Of a DNA stretch of 64,000 bases, positions 13,401 through 24,144 are shown piece by piece; within the stretch, counting starts at the first letter, position 1; each line of letters starts with the position of its first letter. The stretch covers positions 186,001 to 250,000 of IMG/VR virus record IMGVR_UViG_3300027782_000025; one strand, given 5' to 3'. The notes beneath the pieces are model-generated. The model saw only the letters and a list, made by a program, of their open reading frames with translations. It had not been told where the DNA came from and made no database searches. Made by a program: the position numbers and the translations under genes.

Positions 13401-14664
13401 GCAAGGTGAGATTTACTATGTCGGCAAAAACAGTATGGAAGCCTACTTGGGCGTTAGTCTAAAATGGACATCTGACACTGCTTTCGAAAGAATAGATAAT
13501 AATGGCGTTGCCTATTTATATAAGCCAACATTAATAGCCAGTAGTCCAACATATAAACAGATTTATGCGTGTGATTCTGCACTGATCATTGTTGATGTTT
13601 CCGGCGGATTACATGTTATCGGTGAGAACAAATGTGGAGTGCTGGGGATAAACCAAAAGGAAGGTTATACCACTAACAAAGTAATCCCAATGTTAAATCC
13701 TATCCCAGTACAAACTTTAGGGTCAGGTGCTGGGCCTGGTGTGGAGGGAATAGGCTTAGGCGTTGGTGTCGGGTTTGGCGTCCGCACGTCAAGAACAAAT
13801 GCTATGGCTATCACACGCGACGGCGATTTATTGTTTTGGGGCGGTTTTGTCGGACAAAGCGGATTGCCTACAAACATATACAAGCCTACTAAATTGACTT
13901 TGCCAGAATCTGGCGTGATTGATTATCAGCCAAATACTTCTGGATGCCTAGTAGTATTTAAGAGCGGCAATGTGTACGCTTATGGTTATAGTATTATCGA
14001 TAATAACAATGCTCCTGATACATTCTCTTCAGATTTTGTCCAAGTTGGATTTGGGTCGATTAATGGTGCTTTGGTCCTAGCCCATGGCTCCCCAGAACGA
14101 AACGGATATGTCTTAGTAAAGGATTTTGTAAAACCGCAATTGCCGGTTGGCTTGGGCCTGTGTATGACTATATTCGATAAAATCGCAAATGCCGATACAA
14201 TAACTGACGCTAATGGTATTCAATTCTATATTGGCGACACTATAGAAGTAAAACTAGACGTCACAACTAACCCCTACAATGGCAAGTATACGATCACCAA
14301 CATTGAAAAATTTACGGTTGGTACTAAGATAACCAAACAGATGAGATTAACTTGCTTATCTGGTAATTGTTTGGCTGGCGGGTTCCCTGGGGTGCTAACG
14401 GTTCCGGCTGTGCTTCCAGATCTAAGAAGCCTAACATCTACCAGCGGCGCTTCAATTATTCCAGCTCCGGCCGGAACATCGCCTGTATACACTATTACTT
14501 TCAATCCTAGCTGCGGAACTAGCCCGACACCAACACCGACAACACCAACGCCGACACCGGCTACACCAACGCCGACACCGGCTACACCAACGCCGACACC
14601 GGCTACACCAACGCCAACGCCGACTACGTCTAAATTAAAAGTACTATACACAGCGTGGAAATAA
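1408..14664 (+). CDS. Giant modular virion fibre/adhesin protein (4418 aa)
   Basis: N-terminal FPRNATDGQ...W.Y...W motif and short Gly-X-Y stretches. Two clusters of six [10 protein letters not shown](F/Y)G Kelch-like repeats, two lactonase-like propellers (SPDG/SEDG repeats), Asp-box (S.DG..W) domains and RCC1-like segments, separated by Pro-Thr linkers. Confidence 0.75.
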   Translation: MAKFTPRFPRNATDGQEVADKYGNVWRYYSSTDTWVSIGYLQPPIIVDEKNDGFVSPEIYKRIQYYKNFKEALNQAPLKILPGRGAYYYYFRSNNRLIKFKAESKSQLRIEVNMQRLYRLLYNERCKGPTGQRGLIGAAGVDGLAAPAELSFNPTFDNNIMSFAVYTPQPLEAGGKIFLPNGHVPDISVRLDELDPSFTPSLLPSYVELPIYLFTISNEYKEYMRLQADIRNKCAAGNGLFYFCLNDVIKNLDLDSINAQSVLEIKIDPTGAVPVRFTGELSALIDEGASAALIGYDKDYHIAYGKIILKVGSWNTNYAVKSRQCGPDGARGDIGSSKLSISEVVIEPGSTVLAKRPLIGLRYDKSSSTLLSSFGDLSIETNVDNISLVPGSTNLAFESPIDSVLASVETTANRYKSLRIHETSIVGSETPKTNFFVWQPLPNCVSKHNYEKNVFDWVPLTSKEPCEIGGVTWYGADGPKNAQYPWQILIPASPEVENCCQEPFFYCPNVQMGACSDVGGGSGTPAPSTPTASPTPTASPTPTASPTPTPTPTPTPTPTPTPTPTPAGSGRALFGFGITTGNVYVSLTNHVSNTGVVASDTTGVGTARMGLAAAGYGGDKALFGFGIYNDPLDVVVSTTNLVSNTGVVATDTNGVGTPRIDPAAAGYGTDKAIFAFGNTGITFTFTSLTNLVSNTGVVATDTANASSTPRTSGAAAGYGGDKAIFGYGLSNTNPYAYISFTNLVSNTGVMASNTAGVGTARAYLAAAGFGGDKAIFGYGSTNSSTYAETNIVNNLGIVSTNTVIAGSVKTESSATIYGGNKAVFGYGSGNASKTYLNLANYVSSFGVVSADTAIVGTARNNLAATNYGGNPAPTPTPCLDLLEKVGQSPSNVVYPQDNVVSPDGRTLYVLGGGLGNTPTKVAIFSIDKSTGLITFVEETAAGYSPYGICVSPDSKYVYISSITGPLTDPTSVYVITMYSRNAATGSITSIGTVGPVVTNGQMGKLIFSPNGLFVYTATYNTIISIYTRNASTGVLAPLGYVVVTIPTSNTFYIRGLYISPDGLNLYVSQDETFNAGRQVIGTSISNFSISQSTGLLTYVDRIIGNEVFYNEGIVSPDGKTVYTLGTKNPSNTLGADAVTIFSRSTSTGSLTLSGSIATAAVPTDIIISPDGSNVYVSSAIIVAIGSLGALTTYRRNISTGSLTYLGEIPTGVTPRGLSISPDGSYIYQGNALDPSVFIFFRCVSLSPTPTPTPTPSYVTAGRAVFGFGVSGSLATSSVTNLVSNTGVVATDSAGIGTARHYLAAAGYGTDKAIFGYGITFGGSINTNLTNLVSNIGVIASDTSGLGTARMGLAAAGYGTDKAIFGYGYTTGYVAITNLVNNTGLVASDTAGVGSVRNFLAAAGYGGDKAIFGFGQNNTSIYSMTNLVSNTGVVASDTNGVGSGRSGSSAAGYGKDKAIFGFGFFQNVYISSTNLISSIGVVASDTSGIGTARMLNAAAGYGGDKAIFGYGRTSSTAAVSITNLVSSTGVVATDTTGIGTERYGLAAASVGGNSLTPTPTPTPTPTPTPTPTPTPINPCIVTNWSAVPTKVTGGSSYYITYGQGRFINLITTESIEIADGGTVSVPSYLQTSIDGTNWTDTKLPKNYVFNGFNAYPYFYSKIAVSDKRIIFWANNDVYTPNYDIIYTDDFGSTFNSYKFDGKYGFEFPLSIAYGNNKFLLVTQDIYTAIGRSVNFYFSDDGLTFGSATYRFSLPGPDWNVTFTNGLFFTFPAGTMTGSQVSTKGYMSDGGPNAFIPFDLPVGAGNIRNLVYGAGRYVLTSEKGVYSSQGPNLGPWVKATLPTTITTGYSDSAFITFGSGTFVIMPFRKSVPDTLQYALTSQDGINWIVTGSLFTYPTSPNAQPRANNIAFGYTSQDKSSSKFIISAITTTQGTLGAPLNYGNVLVAQCVTTPTPTPTPTATACSFLTWPPFFANSSAAMTITSINTGAVMQATLGNTIVVKGNLSYTPPQNDYREFYQYTSSSGAIIIASPFSAGDKVLINENSASQGTNGYYFISKIINGIHTIVCSLTPTPTPTPTPTPTPTTVTTASNICGYLWERSDIPSDRIIVDAATFGLNYYAITHNDILGNSLPLDVGYKSNSGKTWTTFTLPSLSTGYWNKIAFLAGASTPVFVIYSTPGVVRLSTDDGKTWAKPFDAAQVGIDLIIVSISYNTSASVLVAIHSDGKVYKHGIHSTDPTLLTFTLINLPTIPNNVWLTVSFSDKFYLIGKNADGSSYDTYLTSIDGVTWVVEKFPRSDKWTGIEGHSNTIVAITLANGAAVKTGTPSAWQNIVLPNNVSSFSFIRSSSTASSFYLGAAFLAAVKVPSGVNNSDIAHSTDGINWSTSTLTFNTAAPGLSFINFFKENNTFLVIYNGGADGAKAAVSYCNEISCLTSWTASRAPDFTSPLGGLPNYSDLLFTYGSNFMLLNATTSDLKISDDGITWASFNVYGASTPGTSVWKDIAVGPNTTYLILSEEKTVAKSVDGGRIWQIYSTLPTLPSSASKNWLQACYGAGKYVALSYSNIGAYSVDNGATWSQMTLPVFAAWSELIYANGQFVAIASKELSSGALVNAGYAMVSTDGINWSIFNLPVKTDPWVDIVYGSDVFVAIPSALDANYVAVSSDAKKWTKISLPTPRITPSVKWVRISYGAGIFLLTSSDTIQAVSADGFSWFIRSAGTLSPISDAIVAFGNNRFVAFSSIPERGNPANIAISICDATPPPFSNPDISCFKQWPSNATSGDASYVNTVVTGMTSGATQINTIVSEPCVLGLYFLDPNKTQQKPVWYYGRFAFFNNGSITGVSSKFTTANTLGNQMTYVYIDESTFLFRTGLPDPKLNDYFNNEDLTVYNFNGTNSIYPGAKIGISDGTYKYVGLRDLGGFTYYEATCKPKNVIVYTVYLTYKHSFYGGLSNGRNFILNETVNIVGGVSNSADYVVTAITPRKGSPVNPLWEGVEVTLACPLITPTPTPTPTPTPTPTTFITPSICGKLLAWGYNGLEYQLGTGSKELFVSDPDLVLIANPITFDGTSYLTTPIPVPGSPVSCLCALDYTQVTEPNVQLGDRKTGPCSPGCDGLCEYIAWENRGVLFWRALSSSCQITPVSSPNTPPVATPTPPPVATPTPPPVATPTPTPPPLNCTHGCNAGLGYLAITALGPNNTKTVTLTGSNGKSFSAGETIIIQGVAPAPAICWDNVNGTYKILSVNNRQIILECVSLGCFNGWASGSFNVPVYAGITVISSGGAEIRGIKTSGSTDYWLAFACSTMYSPITAPILTPSDSNVYVVNDVIPQNVECFDRNSTNGSLLSKGIIAIGPATGNTSKGICISEDGTSVYVGTNSLIKIYSRDKTTGTLTDNGTILSNIADQMYSICISKDGTSVYAASRLGKLHMLSRNTTSGALAVLGEIRTWGLQEGLCVSEDDKSVYVINLNSPALVSIYSRNISTGVLTANGQIGDYKQGDNFNPHGICISKDGKNVYVTAFYKDYVLWYDRDATTGALVLRGTVPTPASQPWGICISADGISVYVSSNSGAGVSIYSRNVSTGALVQNGKINTPQSLASYDMCVSADGTSVYVVFNTGYVGEYRRNTSTGLLTYAGANKTNSTNPQSVCIYPKTFGPATTPTPTPTPTPTPTPTPTPTPTPTPTPTPTPTPTPTPTPTPTPTPTPTPTPTPKNACTFMTIYFNESGSTTQGGLAPPTCGSTITYTVANPTVNNNNKLVTASVKFSDVLEPHTQGGSGERCKPLTAIIYNNGQYFGTMSFNDITLVPGHAGANGASVFQGILGIYSLFLVWTFECAPAAAPIIVPPTPTPTPTPAQRVLCNILYGDTFSYFGISHLVSGSSGMLLINPPSRGGVSFDGYLYGSGYWAGRPNTSTQLKRIDGKVNPVVAAPGQWRYVNTFGSMAYAIDANSDLYTWGIDTFGESCLDRKGETIAEPTRVTDEFMPKLTKMSYNQIAPGNGFTAFLTKQGEIYYVGKNSMEAYLGVSLKWTSDTAFERIDNNGVAYLYKPTLIASSPTYKQIYACDSALIIVDVSGGLHVIGENKCGVLGINQKEGYTTNKVIPMLNPIPVQTLGSGAGPGVEGIGLGVGVGFGVRTSRTNAMAITRDGDLLFWGGFVGQSGLPTNIYKPTKLTLPESGVIDYQPNTSGCLVVFKSGNVYAYGYSIIDNNNAPDTFSSDFVQVGFGSINGALVLAHGSPERNGYVLVKDFVKPQLPVGLGLCMTIFDKIANADTITDANGIQFYIGDTIEVKLDVTTNPYNGKYTITNIEKFTVGTKITKQMRLTCLSGNCLAGGFPGVLTVPAVLPDLRSLTSTSGASIIPAPAGTSPVYTITFNPSCGTSPTPTPTTPTPTPATPTPTPATPTPTPATPTPTPTTSKLKVLYTAWK
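2977..3105 (+). repeat. Pro/Thr linker tandem repeat
   Basis: Degenerate ACNCCN hexamer array encoding [10 protein letters not shown]...(PT)n. Confidence 0.9.
6070..6129 (+). repeat. Pro/Thr linker tandem repeat
   Basis: ACACCT/ACACCA hexamer array encoding (TP)10. Confidence 0.9.
12364..12519 (+). repeat. (CCAACA)n microsatellite encoding a (TP)n linker
   Basis: 17 perfect CCAACA copies at 12415-12516 within a longer degenerate array. Confidence 0.95.
14521..14625 (+). repeat. 21-bp tandem repeat encoding (TPTPTPA)n
   Basis: ACACCAACGCCGACACCGGCT repeated three times near the 3' end of the 4418-aa gene. Confidence 0.85.
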
Positions 14665-14676
14665 AAAAGGAAAACC

Positions 14677-17600
14677 ATGAGGCTTACTGATAATATAAAA
14701 GCTAAAATAGAGGAACTCTATAATCTTACACCAGAAGATATTCACGGTGTTAGCCTAGGATATAAGCATAAAAGCGGCGCTAACACTGGCGAGATAGGCA
14801 TAGTATTTAGCGTTCTTAAAAAACTAAGTAGAAGTGAGTTAAAACCATCAGATATCTTGCCATCTACTATTACTGTAGACGGCGTTGATATTATTACTGA
14901 TGTTATAGAGGCTAAGCCAATTAAGTTAGTCTCTTGCTATCCTAACATGAGCTCTACTCCGCTGACTTCTTATATTGGCACCGATACAAATATCACACGA
15001 TTGCAAGGGCATGATACAGCCCTTCTAACACCGATGAAAGGTGGTCAAGAATTAGTACAATTTCCTACTAATTGGACAGCTGTTAATAACAACGGCCAAA
15101 CGAGCTATAATTTCGATGTGGGCACATTATGCATGTTTTGTATCGATAGTTTAGATTTTAGGGTGGTTGGTCTTACGAATAGTCACGTTGCAATTGACAG
15201 AAGAAATATAGCCACAGACAGAGATATAGTATTAGAAACGCAAGATCCTTATAACATTTACGAAGACATGACGTGGGTTTATGATGGAAAGAAGCATCCG
15301 CCCAGTATGGCTGCCTTTAATACTTTTAATAACCTTAATCTGGTCGGTAGATTAAAGAGGTACATCCCTGTGACTTCAGGCATAAATTATGTAGACGCAG
15401 CTCTCTACATTCCTAACGATTCTTATATTGATGTGGCTTCATCTTATAACACCTGGCACCCTATTGGCAGCGATAATTACGCATTTAAACCAATACCTCC
15501 TTTCGCTTCAACCAGCGAGATTGACAGTCTATTGGCAAATGCTAGCACCACACCAATATACAGCACCGGCCGTACAACCGGGCCAAAAGGGTTTAGTCAG
15601 ACTGCATCATGTAAGCTCATAATTACGGGCATTGGTGCTACGGTTACGGTCAACAATAATGCAAATTCAGCTAATAGCTGGGGTGACCTCATAGTATTTA
15701 AAAATGCTGATTCATCTTATTGGCCTATAGCTGGTGGAGATTCTGGATCTCCAATGATAGCTGTTATCGGCGGTGTCGAAAAAATAATAGGAATAGCTTT
15801 TGCTGGTAGTCCAGACACGGCATACGCTTGCAGAATCGATAGAGTTGCGCAAGAGCTGAAGATCGAATCGTATAAAAGCTTTCACACGACTACCGTTGCA
15901 GTACCTGATACTTTTACTATAGACTACACCGATCCGAGAGCCAAGCAAGCGACCATAACAGTGAATGGTGCGGTATATTATCAAGCTGGCTTTACTTTGG
16001 TTCAAGTTGCTACACCAACACCGACAGCTACTCCGACAGCTACTCCGACAGCTACTCCGACAGCTACTCCGACAGCTACTCCGACAGCTACTCCGACAGC
16101 TACACCCACAGCTACACCCACAGCAACACCGACAGCTACACCGACAGCTACACCCACAGCTACACCCACAGCAACACCGACACCCACAAATTGTTTTTTA
16201 TCTTGGCCTCAAGCTACCTCTTATTCATTTGATTATATGACTATTACTAGTATTAATTCTGGTATGGTTTTAAAACCAATCTTTGGAACTTCTAATATAG
16301 TAATAAACAGCAATAGAGAATTTTATCAAAAGGACTTTACTAGCGGTAAGCCGGTGACTTGCACCCCATTTTCTGTCGGAGATAAAGTTCTAATAGCTCA
16401 GAACTCTACACCGATGCGGGGCTATGATGGCTATTATTATATTTCTAAGATCACAAGCGGTATCCACTCTCTTGTATGCACTCTTGCAGAAGTGTCAACA
16501 CTGTGCGTAGGCGAATTGACAGGCCCCTGTGAAACGGAAAGAAACGGCACTGTTTATTACTTAGCTGTATCTCCCGATGGCTTAAATGTATATGCAACAA
16601 TATTTCAAAATCCAACGATATTAGTTTATAACAGGTCTAAGACTACAGGCGCATTAACATTAAACAGTACCATAACTATGGTTGCTGCGCTCCCAGCAGA
16701 TATAATCGTATCTCCAGATGGTTTATATGTATATGTCACTAACGGTAGTAACGGCCTTACAAAAAGCGGACCATATATATCAATTTATAGGAGAGACAAA
16801 GCTACGGGTGCACTGACAAGCGCTGGTACCCAATACACAGGCATAGATTGGGATTTTACTCTTGGCATTGCCATTTCTCCAGATAATTTAAATGCATATA
16901 CTACAAATTATGGGTCTGGTACAGTATCGATTTATAATAGAAACATAATCACAGGAGCGTTGACAAGTGCCGGCACCATAGATGCAGCAGTTAAGCTCGC
17001 TGTTGGTATATCAGGCAGTCAACCACACGATGTGATCGTTTCTCCTGATAATTTGAATGTATATGTGACTAATACCATGCCGCCAACAAATGGTTGTGTA
17101 TTATCGATCTATAAAAGAAACACAACTACTGGCGCACTAACAAGTGCTGGCACTGTACCAACTGGTAGTAACGCTAAGCGCATGTGTATTTCTCCCGACG
17201 GTAAAAACGTATATGTGCTTCATGACGGCAGTCCCGGCAAATTAACTATTTTTAATAGAAACACGACCACGGGGGCGTTAACAAATGCCGGCGACATAGA
17301 TACAGGAAATTGGCCTTGGGGTGTTAATATCTCTCCAGACGGCTTAAATGTGTATGTGACAAAAAACGGTCCGAACGAAATGTTCATCTATAGTAGAAAT
17401 AAGGTCACAGGCACCTTGATTAAAACAGGCACCAGCCTTATAAGTCTGTTTAATGCGCCTACTGATGTGGTGGTTTCACCAGATGGCTTAAATGTATACT
17501 CAGGGCTATTCAGTGGGTCTTTTTCTAGCGCGATTCCCGGGGGCTATGGCGGATCAGTTTCAGTCTTTAATAGATGTTTACCAACGCCTACACCAACGCC

Positions 17601-20511
17601 TACACCTACACCTACATCCACGCCGACGCCAAGCATTATTCAATCATTCCCTTCTGATGGTGGTGAATATAAAGTTAAATATGCAGAAGAGAATTATGGC
17701 AAAGCACTAGCCGTCAGTGGTGATGGTAAGATCCTATTGGTTAGTGCTCCGATCGCCTCAACAGTATTTCAGAATACGACCATGACTAAGTGCGGAGCGG
17801 TTTATATTTATGAACGAAATGCTAACAATGTGTGGGTAGGTTTACAAAAAATATTCTCACCCAATCCAACAGCAAATGCAAGTTTTGGTGAAGGTTTAGC
17901 ATTATCACATAATGGCCAAAGAATATTCGTCGGCCAACCAAACGCTAACTCTGGCGCCATTATGGTTTACAATAGAGTCGGCAATGAATACATCTACGAT
18001 AGTGATTTGCCGATCACATCAGACATGCTATTACATTCGACATTTAATGCCGAGGTGGTTAATTGGGGATATCGTTTGAGCTGCACTCCTGACGGTCTAA
18101 CCGTAGCTGCTATTTCTCCAAACACAATAGCTCCTGGCGAATACACTAAGCAATTAGATAATTGGCCAACCGGATTTTACAATGGCTCGAATCCTACGGT
18201 ATTCACTGTCAGTATCTATCAGCCATCCAGTGGTGCTGAATGGCGCTCGACAAAGAATGATTATGGGATATCTTATATCAGAAGAAGCGGCGGCGGCATT
18301 GAGGTGACAGCAAATCAAAGCAAAGTATCGATAAAAGGGTATTTCAGACAAAATGAACCTGTCTATATTCAGGACATATCTGATATTCACCCTGAATATA
18401 CTGGGTTCTACACTACGACCCAGCCAGCGGTTACTAGCGGCATCTATTATACCATGAACATTTACCCATTAGGAAGCAACGGAATAAGAACAACTACAGA
18501 TCCTATGAGCTCATACGCTGGCAATGTTGCTGTGTTTAATTATCAGAATGCAGGGTCTAGTATGTCTTGGGTAAGACAAGGTTACATGTTGGCAGATTTT
18601 GCCGGATATTCTGAGGCCTCGTTATCATTTAGCGACGACGGTTTAAGATTATTAGCAAGTGTTAAGCGCTATGGAATGCTGATTTCATATGTATTCAAAA
18701 GCCCTTCACTATTATCGAGCTATGCGTTAACCAACATTTTGGCTCTAATCGACCCTTATCCTATCGATAACGCCGGTATCTTTGGTATCAGTGGTGATGG
18801 TAAAATGGCAATGCTAGACTATGCTTTATATTATCTTGACTCGTTGCCTATCCCAGATTATATTACAGCGACACCAAGTGCGGTACTAAAAAACATCACT
18901 TATAATGGCGTCGAGGATTTTGCTAGAAACGCGAACTATTTAGCCAAAGGCGCACCGCAGAAGTACCAGATCATATCAGATCAAAGCAGCAACGGTGCTA
19001 AGAAAAATACTACATTCAGTTATGCATTAGGTTATGGTGGTGAACCTGTTCCAGATGAATCATACATATCGCCAAGCTCAGCGCTCGACTATTCTGCAAT
19101 GTTTATCGGTGATGATAAAGCTGTTAGTAAGAATGGTGATGTGCTGGTAAGATCTTATAAAGATGGTGGCGTGAGATCTATATTATTCCATCAAAGCGAT
19201 AAACAAATTATTACAGCGCCGGCAGGCATGGTGTGGTTTGGTAACCAAGTCGAAATGAATCCAGATGGTACCTTCTTTACTTGTGTTTACGGAAAGCGTT
19301 CTGACACCGATAAGAGTATTAGCTATGGTAAATGTACCTATGTCAGAATGGGCCAACGTTTCTATAATCAGCTCGAAAATAGAATCATATATAATAACTT
19401 CCCAGCCGCAGTTTATCCTTTAACAAATCTCGCATTGCCGACCACATATGTTACGGACTCTAAGTGCATCCAGCAGATAACCAATGTTTATGGAACTGAC
19501 GCTAATTTATTAGGCATTTTTAGAGATTTAGACGAAGGTGTGTCGAAACGAACAACGACATCATGGAATAAGAATTGGCTTACAAATAATGCAGACAGGA
19601 GTCTTTTGTTTACTTCTAATACCACAGGAACGAACGGGCCAGTCACTGGAAAGAATAGTGTCGCTATTAGCGAAGATGGCGTTTCTTTTGTGGTTGGTTC
19701 GTTGTTTTCTAATAACGGCACTGGAGCCATTGAGCTTTATACTAGAGATGTGGCGCAAGATGGTACTTTTTACTCTGCTTGGTCAGCTGGTACATCGGTC
19801 TTTAAGGGTGCTGACTTCTTGTCTGTAACAGTTGATAAGGCTAATTTAAAATACCCATTATTTGGTTATTCTGTAACTATCCTAGGAACTGTTGGAAACA
19901 GATGGATCGCTGTTGGGGCTCCTAAAGCTTATGATGGCAAGGGCGTGGTGTGGATATGGAGAGTCGATGAGCGAGACCAAACGACACCCGACACTTATAT
20001 TTTAATGGGTGAGAATGCCAATGAAGGCTTCGGGACTGCTGTCAAGATTTACATAAACCCTGACACGACATATATGACTCTAGCTGTAGGTACTGATACT
20101 GGATTGGTAAAAATGTATGCTAAGACTGGGCCTAGCACTACTCCATTCGAACCAACCGGCATTATAGTGGCTCCAGACGGCAAAGATTCTGGCTTTGGTA
20201 AAGATATTAAAACGACCAGAGACGGACTCCAAAACATCATCATCACTGCGCCTTTAGCATCATATCAAGGCACTAAGCTTCAAGCTGGTGTAATATATGT
20301 TTATTCATCAGACGGAACGACATTGTTAAAAACATATAGGTCAGAATCACCACAAGCCAACGACCAAACAGGCTTTAGAGCTAGCGACCGATTTTATACT
20401 AACACTGGGGCAGTAGGATATGGTTTCAGGACTATCACTGCTATAGGTTCACCTGGTCGTAATAATGGCAATGGGCAAATCGAAATTACTTTTGAGAACC
20501 CTTATCCTTAA
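14677..20511 (+). CDS. Modular fibre protein with N-terminal trypsin-like (NAL1-type) serine protease, lactonase-like propeller and FG-GAP repeats (1944 aa)
   Basis: GVSLGYK...TDVIE prodomain-like N-terminus. Catalytic triad motifs TNSH(170)V, VD(240)AAL, GGDS(356)GSP. (TPTA)n linker, SPDG repeats, and FG.AL.VS...VSAP...GAVY.Y repeats. Confidence 0.75.
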   Translation: MRLTDNIKAKIEELYNLTPEDIHGVSLGYKHKSGANTGEIGIVFSVLKKLSRSELKPSDILPSTITVDGVDIITDVIEAKPIKLVSCYPNMSSTPLTSYIGTDTNITRLQGHDTALLTPMKGGQELVQFPTNWTAVNNNGQTSYNFDVGTLCMFCIDSLDFRVVGLTNSHVAIDRRNIATDRDIVLETQDPYNIYEDMTWVYDGKKHPPSMAAFNTFNNLNLVGRLKRYIPVTSGINYVDAALYIPNDSYIDVASSYNTWHPIGSDNYAFKPIPPFASTSEIDSLLANASTTPIYSTGRTTGPKGFSQTASCKLIITGIGATVTVNNNANSANSWGDLIVFKNADSSYWPIAGGDSGSPMIAVIGGVEKIIGIAFAGSPDTAYACRIDRVAQELKIESYKSFHTTTVAVPDTFTIDYTDPRAKQATITVNGAVYYQAGFTLVQVATPTPTATPTATPTATPTATPTATPTATPTATPTATPTATPTATPTATPTATPTATPTPTNCFLSWPQATSYSFDYMTITSINSGMVLKPIFGTSNIVINSNREFYQKDFTSGKPVTCTPFSVGDKVLIAQNSTPMRGYDGYYYISKITSGIHSLVCTLAEVSTLCVGELTGPCETERNGTVYYLAVSPDGLNVYATIFQNPTILVYNRSKTTGALTLNSTITMVAALPADIIVSPDGLYVYVTNGSNGLTKSGPYISIYRRDKATGALTSAGTQYTGIDWDFTLGIAISPDNLNAYTTNYGSGTVSIYNRNIITGALTSAGTIDAAVKLAVGISGSQPHDVIVSPDNLNVYVTNTMPPTNGCVLSIYKRNTTTGALTSAGTVPTGSNAKRMCISPDGKNVYVLHDGSPGKLTIFNRNTTTGALTNAGDIDTGNWPWGVNISPDGLNVYVTKNGPNEMFIYSRNKVTGTLIKTGTSLISLFNAPTDVVVSPDGLNVYSGLFSGSFSSAIPGGYGGSVSVFNRCLPTPTPTPTPTPTSTPTPSIIQSFPSDGGEYKVKYAEENYGKALAVSGDGKILLVSAPIASTVFQNTTMTKCGAVYIYERNANNVWVGLQKIFSPNPTANASFGEGLALSHNGQRIFVGQPNANSGAIMVYNRVGNEYIYDSDLPITSDMLLHSTFNAEVVNWGYRLSCTPDGLTVAAISPNTIAPGEYTKQLDNWPTGFYNGSNPTVFTVSIYQPSSGAEWRSTKNDYGISYIRRSGGGIEVTANQSKVSIKGYFRQNEPVYIQDISDIHPEYTGFYTTTQPAVTSGIYYTMNIYPLGSNGIRTTTDPMSSYAGNVAVFNYQNAGSSMSWVRQGYMLADFAGYSEASLSFSDDGLRLLASVKRYGMLISYVFKSPSLLSSYALTNILALIDPYPIDNAGIFGISGDGKMAMLDYALYYLDSLPIPDYITATPSAVLKNITYNGVEDFARNANYLAKGAPQKYQIISDQSSNGAKKNTTFSYALGYGGEPVPDESYISPSSALDYSAMFIGDDKAVSKNGDVLVRSYKDGGVRSILFHQSDKQIITAPAGMVWFGNQVEMNPDGTFFTCVYGKRSDTDKSISYGKCTYVRMGQRFYNQLENRIIYNNFPAAVYPLTNLALPTTYVTDSKCIQQITNVYGTDANLLGIFRDLDEGVSKRTTTSWNKNWLTNNADRSLLFTSNTTGTNGPVTGKNSVAISEDGVSFVVGSLFSNNGTGAIELYTRDVAQDGTFYSAWSAGTSVFKGADFLSVTVDKANLKYPLFGYSVTILGTVGNRWIAVGAPKAYDGKGVVWIWRVDERDQTTPDTYILMGENANEGFGTAVKIYINPDTTYMTLAVGTDTGLVKMYAKTGPSTTPFEPTGIIVAPDGKDSGFGKDIKTTRDGLQNIIITAPLASYQGTKLQAGVIYVYSSDGTTLLKTYRSESPQANDQTGFRASDRFYTNTGAVGYGFRTITAIGSPGRNNGNGQIEITFENPYP
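16009..16188 (+). repeat. 12-bp tandem repeat encoding (TPTA)n
   Basis: Perfect GCTACTCCGACA copies followed by GCTACACCCACA variants. Confidence 0.9.
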
Positions 20512-20523
20512 TAGAGTTTAACT

Positions 20524-22452
20524 ATGAAATATGGCCCATACAAATATTATGCATCGATACTTGGATATAGAACTTCATTTTATACTGGGAATAATTATCC
20601 AATCATAACAGCCACAGCCGGTTTATTTGACTTTACGAATTATTCCGCTGGTTTTTCTATTCCTTTTTTTAAGATGTCGGTCAAATTATTTTCTAGAAGC
20701 AATGGCCCTTTGCTCGGAAATACTGCAAATGGTCGCTGGCAAGAATTAAATTTATCATTTATGGCTGGTAAAGTCACGGCCGTGTCGCAAGTAGCTGATT
20801 TTATAAATTCAAAGCTAGTATTTGTGAAAGCATCTGTAGATTCTGATTCAAGGCTCGTACTTACTGCTGATAGATGTACATCTAATCCAGATGAAGAAGC
20901 AACTGTAGATTTTCTAGTGGTGGGCGGGGATACAAGACAATTTGATGCCCAAAGATCGAACTTATCAACTAATGCTATCATGTCCGCATCAGTTTTTCCC
21001 CTTTCTAAAATTGGTAACACAGACGTCGGTAACCAGAATATATGTAATTCTGGGTTTGGTTTTTCTACATCAGTGTTGGGTAATGTGGTGTGCCCAAGCA
21101 TTTTTCCGAGCAGTACATCTCAATCGCAAACAACTAACACTTTGGGCTATATTACATGTTGCGATGGTTATACGCCTAATACAATCCATCAAAGGGGCGT
21201 TTGGGATTTAGGGGGTCAGATAAACCCAATCATCTTTATAAAGATGCATAATAATAACACCATTACCTATAATAAAGACGCTCCAAATGGTTTAGTGATA
21301 CCGATTTACTCTGGCATTCTGGCAGTAAAGTTTACGGATAAAAAATATACTTCACAAGAAATAGTAGACACAATAAATCTTGCTCTAAGCGAAATATCTC
21401 CTTGCGACGGCGTGTTAAACTTTACGCAAGCATGTTCGACAGCCAATGGCACGATCCCTTTCAAGGCCACCGTTAGCCCAGATGGAAGAATATTAATCTG
21501 TCAATCATTTTATGAATTGGCGATAAGTGGTTCAAATAGTTATCTAGATTATATATTTTCATTTGATAAAATCGAAGAAGGTCAGACATGTAAAGCGAAA
21601 GTCGGTTATATGTTATCAGACATTCCAAAAGGCTGCGCGATGTATAATATAAGTGAAGCTAAGACAGAAGCAGAAATAAAATCGATTGTAGACACAAAAA
21701 TCGCTAGAATAGCTAATTTTCAGTATGATGTTTACGATTATACTCCTAAAGCTATTGTTGAAAAAATATCCGACTACACCGGCCGCGGTATAAGCTATGC
21801 CTTGGCGCCGACACTTACTGGGCCGCTATCCGATACTGCATTTGCGCTGGCCAATGAAGCAACATCTTTGTCTTCAGCGCTATGGACTACAAACCAATAC
21901 AATAACAAATCGAATTACGCTGAATTTTGGACTACTGTCAGTTTAAACGAAGAAGGCATAAAAGCCGCCATCGGCCATAATAAAACTATCATTAAAGTCT
22001 TATCTGTCTCAGCATCTATTAAAGCTTCTTGGAACTACTTTGGCCATATAGCTGGGGCCTATATAACGTATCCATTTTATAACTGGGCTCTTGTTTTAAA
22101 CACGAGCACATACTGTAAAGTCCAGCCTTTAAAAAATTCTGACACGATTCATTTTTCACAAAATGGAATACAATGTAGAGATTACGGAGCAGACTCGTCG
22201 AACAATGTCTTGCCATCTTGGGATGGAAATACAGAGTGTTTGGATTACATTAGATCTAGAAATAAATCTTGTAACACCGATCTGGCTCAGATTAGCACAG
22301 TAGAAATACCAAGAATATATGGTGAATATCGCGTCGGTGTTGTGTTTGATTATAAATTATGGTCAAGATATAATCCAAATGGGGTAAATAGTCTAGATTT
22401 CGCCGGCGCTTTTGCCATACCGACTATTACTTTTAAAGTAGCTTACTACTAG
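20524..22452 (+). CDS. Putative virion structural protein, Cys-rich (642 aa)
   Basis: Directly downstream of the fibre genes. Two internal segments of type T..E(I/V)...IN..L...A.V..D.R(L/I), a pattern seen in tail proteins. Confidence 0.45.
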   Translation: MKYGPYKYYASILGYRTSFYTGNNYPIITATAGLFDFTNYSAGFSIPFFKMSVKLFSRSNGPLLGNTANGRWQELNLSFMAGKVTAVSQVADFINSKLVFVKASVDSDSRLVLTADRCTSNPDEEATVDFLVVGGDTRQFDAQRSNLSTNAIMSASVFPLSKIGNTDVGNQNICNSGFGFSTSVLGNVVCPSIFPSSTSQSQTTNTLGYITCCDGYTPNTIHQRGVWDLGGQINPIIFIKMHNNNTITYNKDAPNGLVIPIYSGILAVKFTDKKYTSQEIVDTINLALSEISPCDGVLNFTQACSTANGTIPFKATVSPDGRILICQSFYELAISGSNSYLDYIFSFDKIEEGQTCKAKVGYMLSDIPKGCAMYNISEAKTEAEIKSIVDTKIARIANFQYDVYDYTPKAIVEKISDYTGRGISYALAPTLTGPLSDTAFALANEATSLSSALWTTNQYNNKSNYAEFWTTVSLNEEGIKAAIGHNKTIIKVLSVSASIKASWNYFGHIAGAYITYPFYNWALVLNTSTYCKVQPLKNSDTIHFSQNGIQCRDYGADSSNNVLPSWDGNTECLDYIRSRNKSCNTDLAQISTVEIPRIYGEYRVGVVFDYKLWSRYNPNGVNSLDFAGAFAIPTITFKVAYY

Positions 22453-22460
22453 GTTTAACT

Positions 22461-23843
22461 GTGCTAACCATAATACAATATTTCGATGGTAAAATAGATT
22501 ATACAAGCATATTTAACATATTATCTGTGTTTGGTCAAGAAGAACGTCAAGAAATAATTATCGTCCATAAAACTGATCATAAACCGAAGATAGTTCTAAA
22601 AGGCATACAGTTCATAGAAATAAAGGACCATGACGCCACAAATTCTGCATCGTTAAACCACATTATTAATAGCCGAGCTGCTAATTTTATTCTTTTTATA
22701 AATGGTTCAGCATATTTTTTGCCCGGTTTTTACGAAAACATATTAAATTTCATAGCTACTAATAAATCAGATATTGTCTCTATCGACTCCACGATCATTG
22801 ATATCGCCTTTAATTGCGACACTGAAGGCACGAGAACTGGTAGGCTTACTTTTGATCCTGATTTCAAGATAGTTAGGGAAAAAAATAAAGATTCTAATCA
22901 TACCATTATTAACCCTTCGGCTTTTATATTTGATATTAGTGTTTTTAGAGAAGCAGAAGGCTTCGATGTACCTTTAGAGCTAGGAGCAGAGACCGCAATA
23001 GCACTATCGATTGACATTGTTAGGAGAGGATACGAGATTACATTTTACGATGCTTTGCCTATTAAAACGGACTCAAAACCATTCTTTAAGAATGAAGAAA
23101 ACGTAAAATATTTAAAATCACAATATGGCTTTGACATGGCTGGCGAGATATTATCACATCCTATGGCCGAGAGAAAACGCAGCGCTGATTACAGCATGCA
23201 CTTGGATGATTATTATATAAGGCATTTCCCGAATTTTATTATTGATAGAGATTTAAAGCGAAAATTTCGTAATAAAAATATCGTGATTCTATACCCAGGC
23301 GTCTCCTTGGAAGATATAGCGCCGATTAATATTTATCATTATGATTATGTCATAGGAATCGATTTCGCCGGCAGGATTTTTAAATGTGATTTTGTTTTTA
23401 CCCAAGAACTACATATACTCTCTGACCTTCTCAGCACATATAGCAAGCAATCTTTAATAGCGCCTGATTACATATATGACAAGATGCAAAATAAATTCGT
23501 ATTGCTTAAAGATGTGACTAATAAAGTCGCTGCTATTGACACTACCACTGACAAAAATAGTATCATGACTACTGGGCTGTATTTTCTTGATAGTAATCCA
23601 CTTATTTGCCTAACCCATATGTTAATATCAGCCAAGCCAAAGAAGATACAAATATTGGGGGCTGACTTCAAGTGGTCTAAAGGTAAAAGTCATATCGCCA
23701 GCAGTTACTATAATAATGGGTATGCTCTTGCTGAAAATGAATACCATCGCGAAGACTATGCTAATTCTTTAAAATTATTAGAGAGTCTCGGCAATTTGGC
23801 TGAGAACCTTGGCGTAGCTTTGATGAGGAATCATTATGTCTGA
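22461..23843 (+). CDS. Glycosyltransferase: degenerate GT2-like N-domain plus DUF115/Maf (MptE-like) C-domain
   Basis: GTG start. N-terminal GT-A-like pattern (EIIIV...N...FILFIN...FREAEGFD). C-terminal KNIVILYPGVSL...VIGID...KKIQILGADF resembles the DUF115/MAF_flag10 signature. Confidence 0.5.
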   Translation: MLTIIQYFDGKIDYTSIFNILSVFGQEERQEIIIVHKTDHKPKIVLKGIQFIEIKDHDATNSASLNHIINSRAANFILFINGSAYFLPGFYENILNFIATNKSDIVSIDSTIIDIAFNCDTEGTRTGRLTFDPDFKIVREKNKDSNHTIINPSAFIFDISVFREAEGFDVPLELGAETAIALSIDIVRRGYEITFYDALPIKTDSKPFFKNEENVKYLKSQYGFDMAGEILSHPMAERKRSADYSMHLDDYYIRHFPNFIIDRDLKRKFRNKNIVILYPGVSLEDIAPINIYHYDYVIGIDFAGRIFKCDFVFTQELHILSDLLSTYSKQSLIAPDYIYDKMQNKFVLLKDVTNKVAAIDTTTDKNSIMTTGLYFLDSNPLICLTHMLISAKPKKIQILGADFKWSKGKSHIASSYYNNGYALAENEYHREDYANSLKLLESLGNLAENLGVALMRNHYV

Positions 23844-24144
23844 TCCAACTATCATGATTATTATATCGATGCTGATGATTATGATGTCACTGATTATGAT
23901 ATTACTAGTACAATCGACCATATTACTTAATAAGATTATTAATGCTGAGGAAAAGCAGCCGAAGCTTGTTGATAAACAACAAATTATAGGCTATCAACAA
24001 TCATCGCTTGAAAAAGAACCTGTAAAAAAATTCGATACTTTAAAAGTGCCAGATTTGGATCCATTTTCTATAGCGCCTAATTTAAAAAAACCACCAAAAT
24101 CAGCTGGTGGTTTTGGAAATAAAACAGATCAAAATGATCCATGA
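23836..24144 (+). CDS. Hypothetical single-pass membrane protein
   Basis: Strongly hydrophobic N-terminal ~28 aa followed by a Lys/Pro-rich tail; overlaps both neighbours. Confidence 0.6.
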   Translation: MSDPTIMIIISMLMIMMSLIMILLVQSTILLNKIINAEEKQPKLVDKQQIIGYQQSSLEKEPVKKFDTLKVPDLDPFSIAPNLKKPPKSAGGFGNKTDQNDP

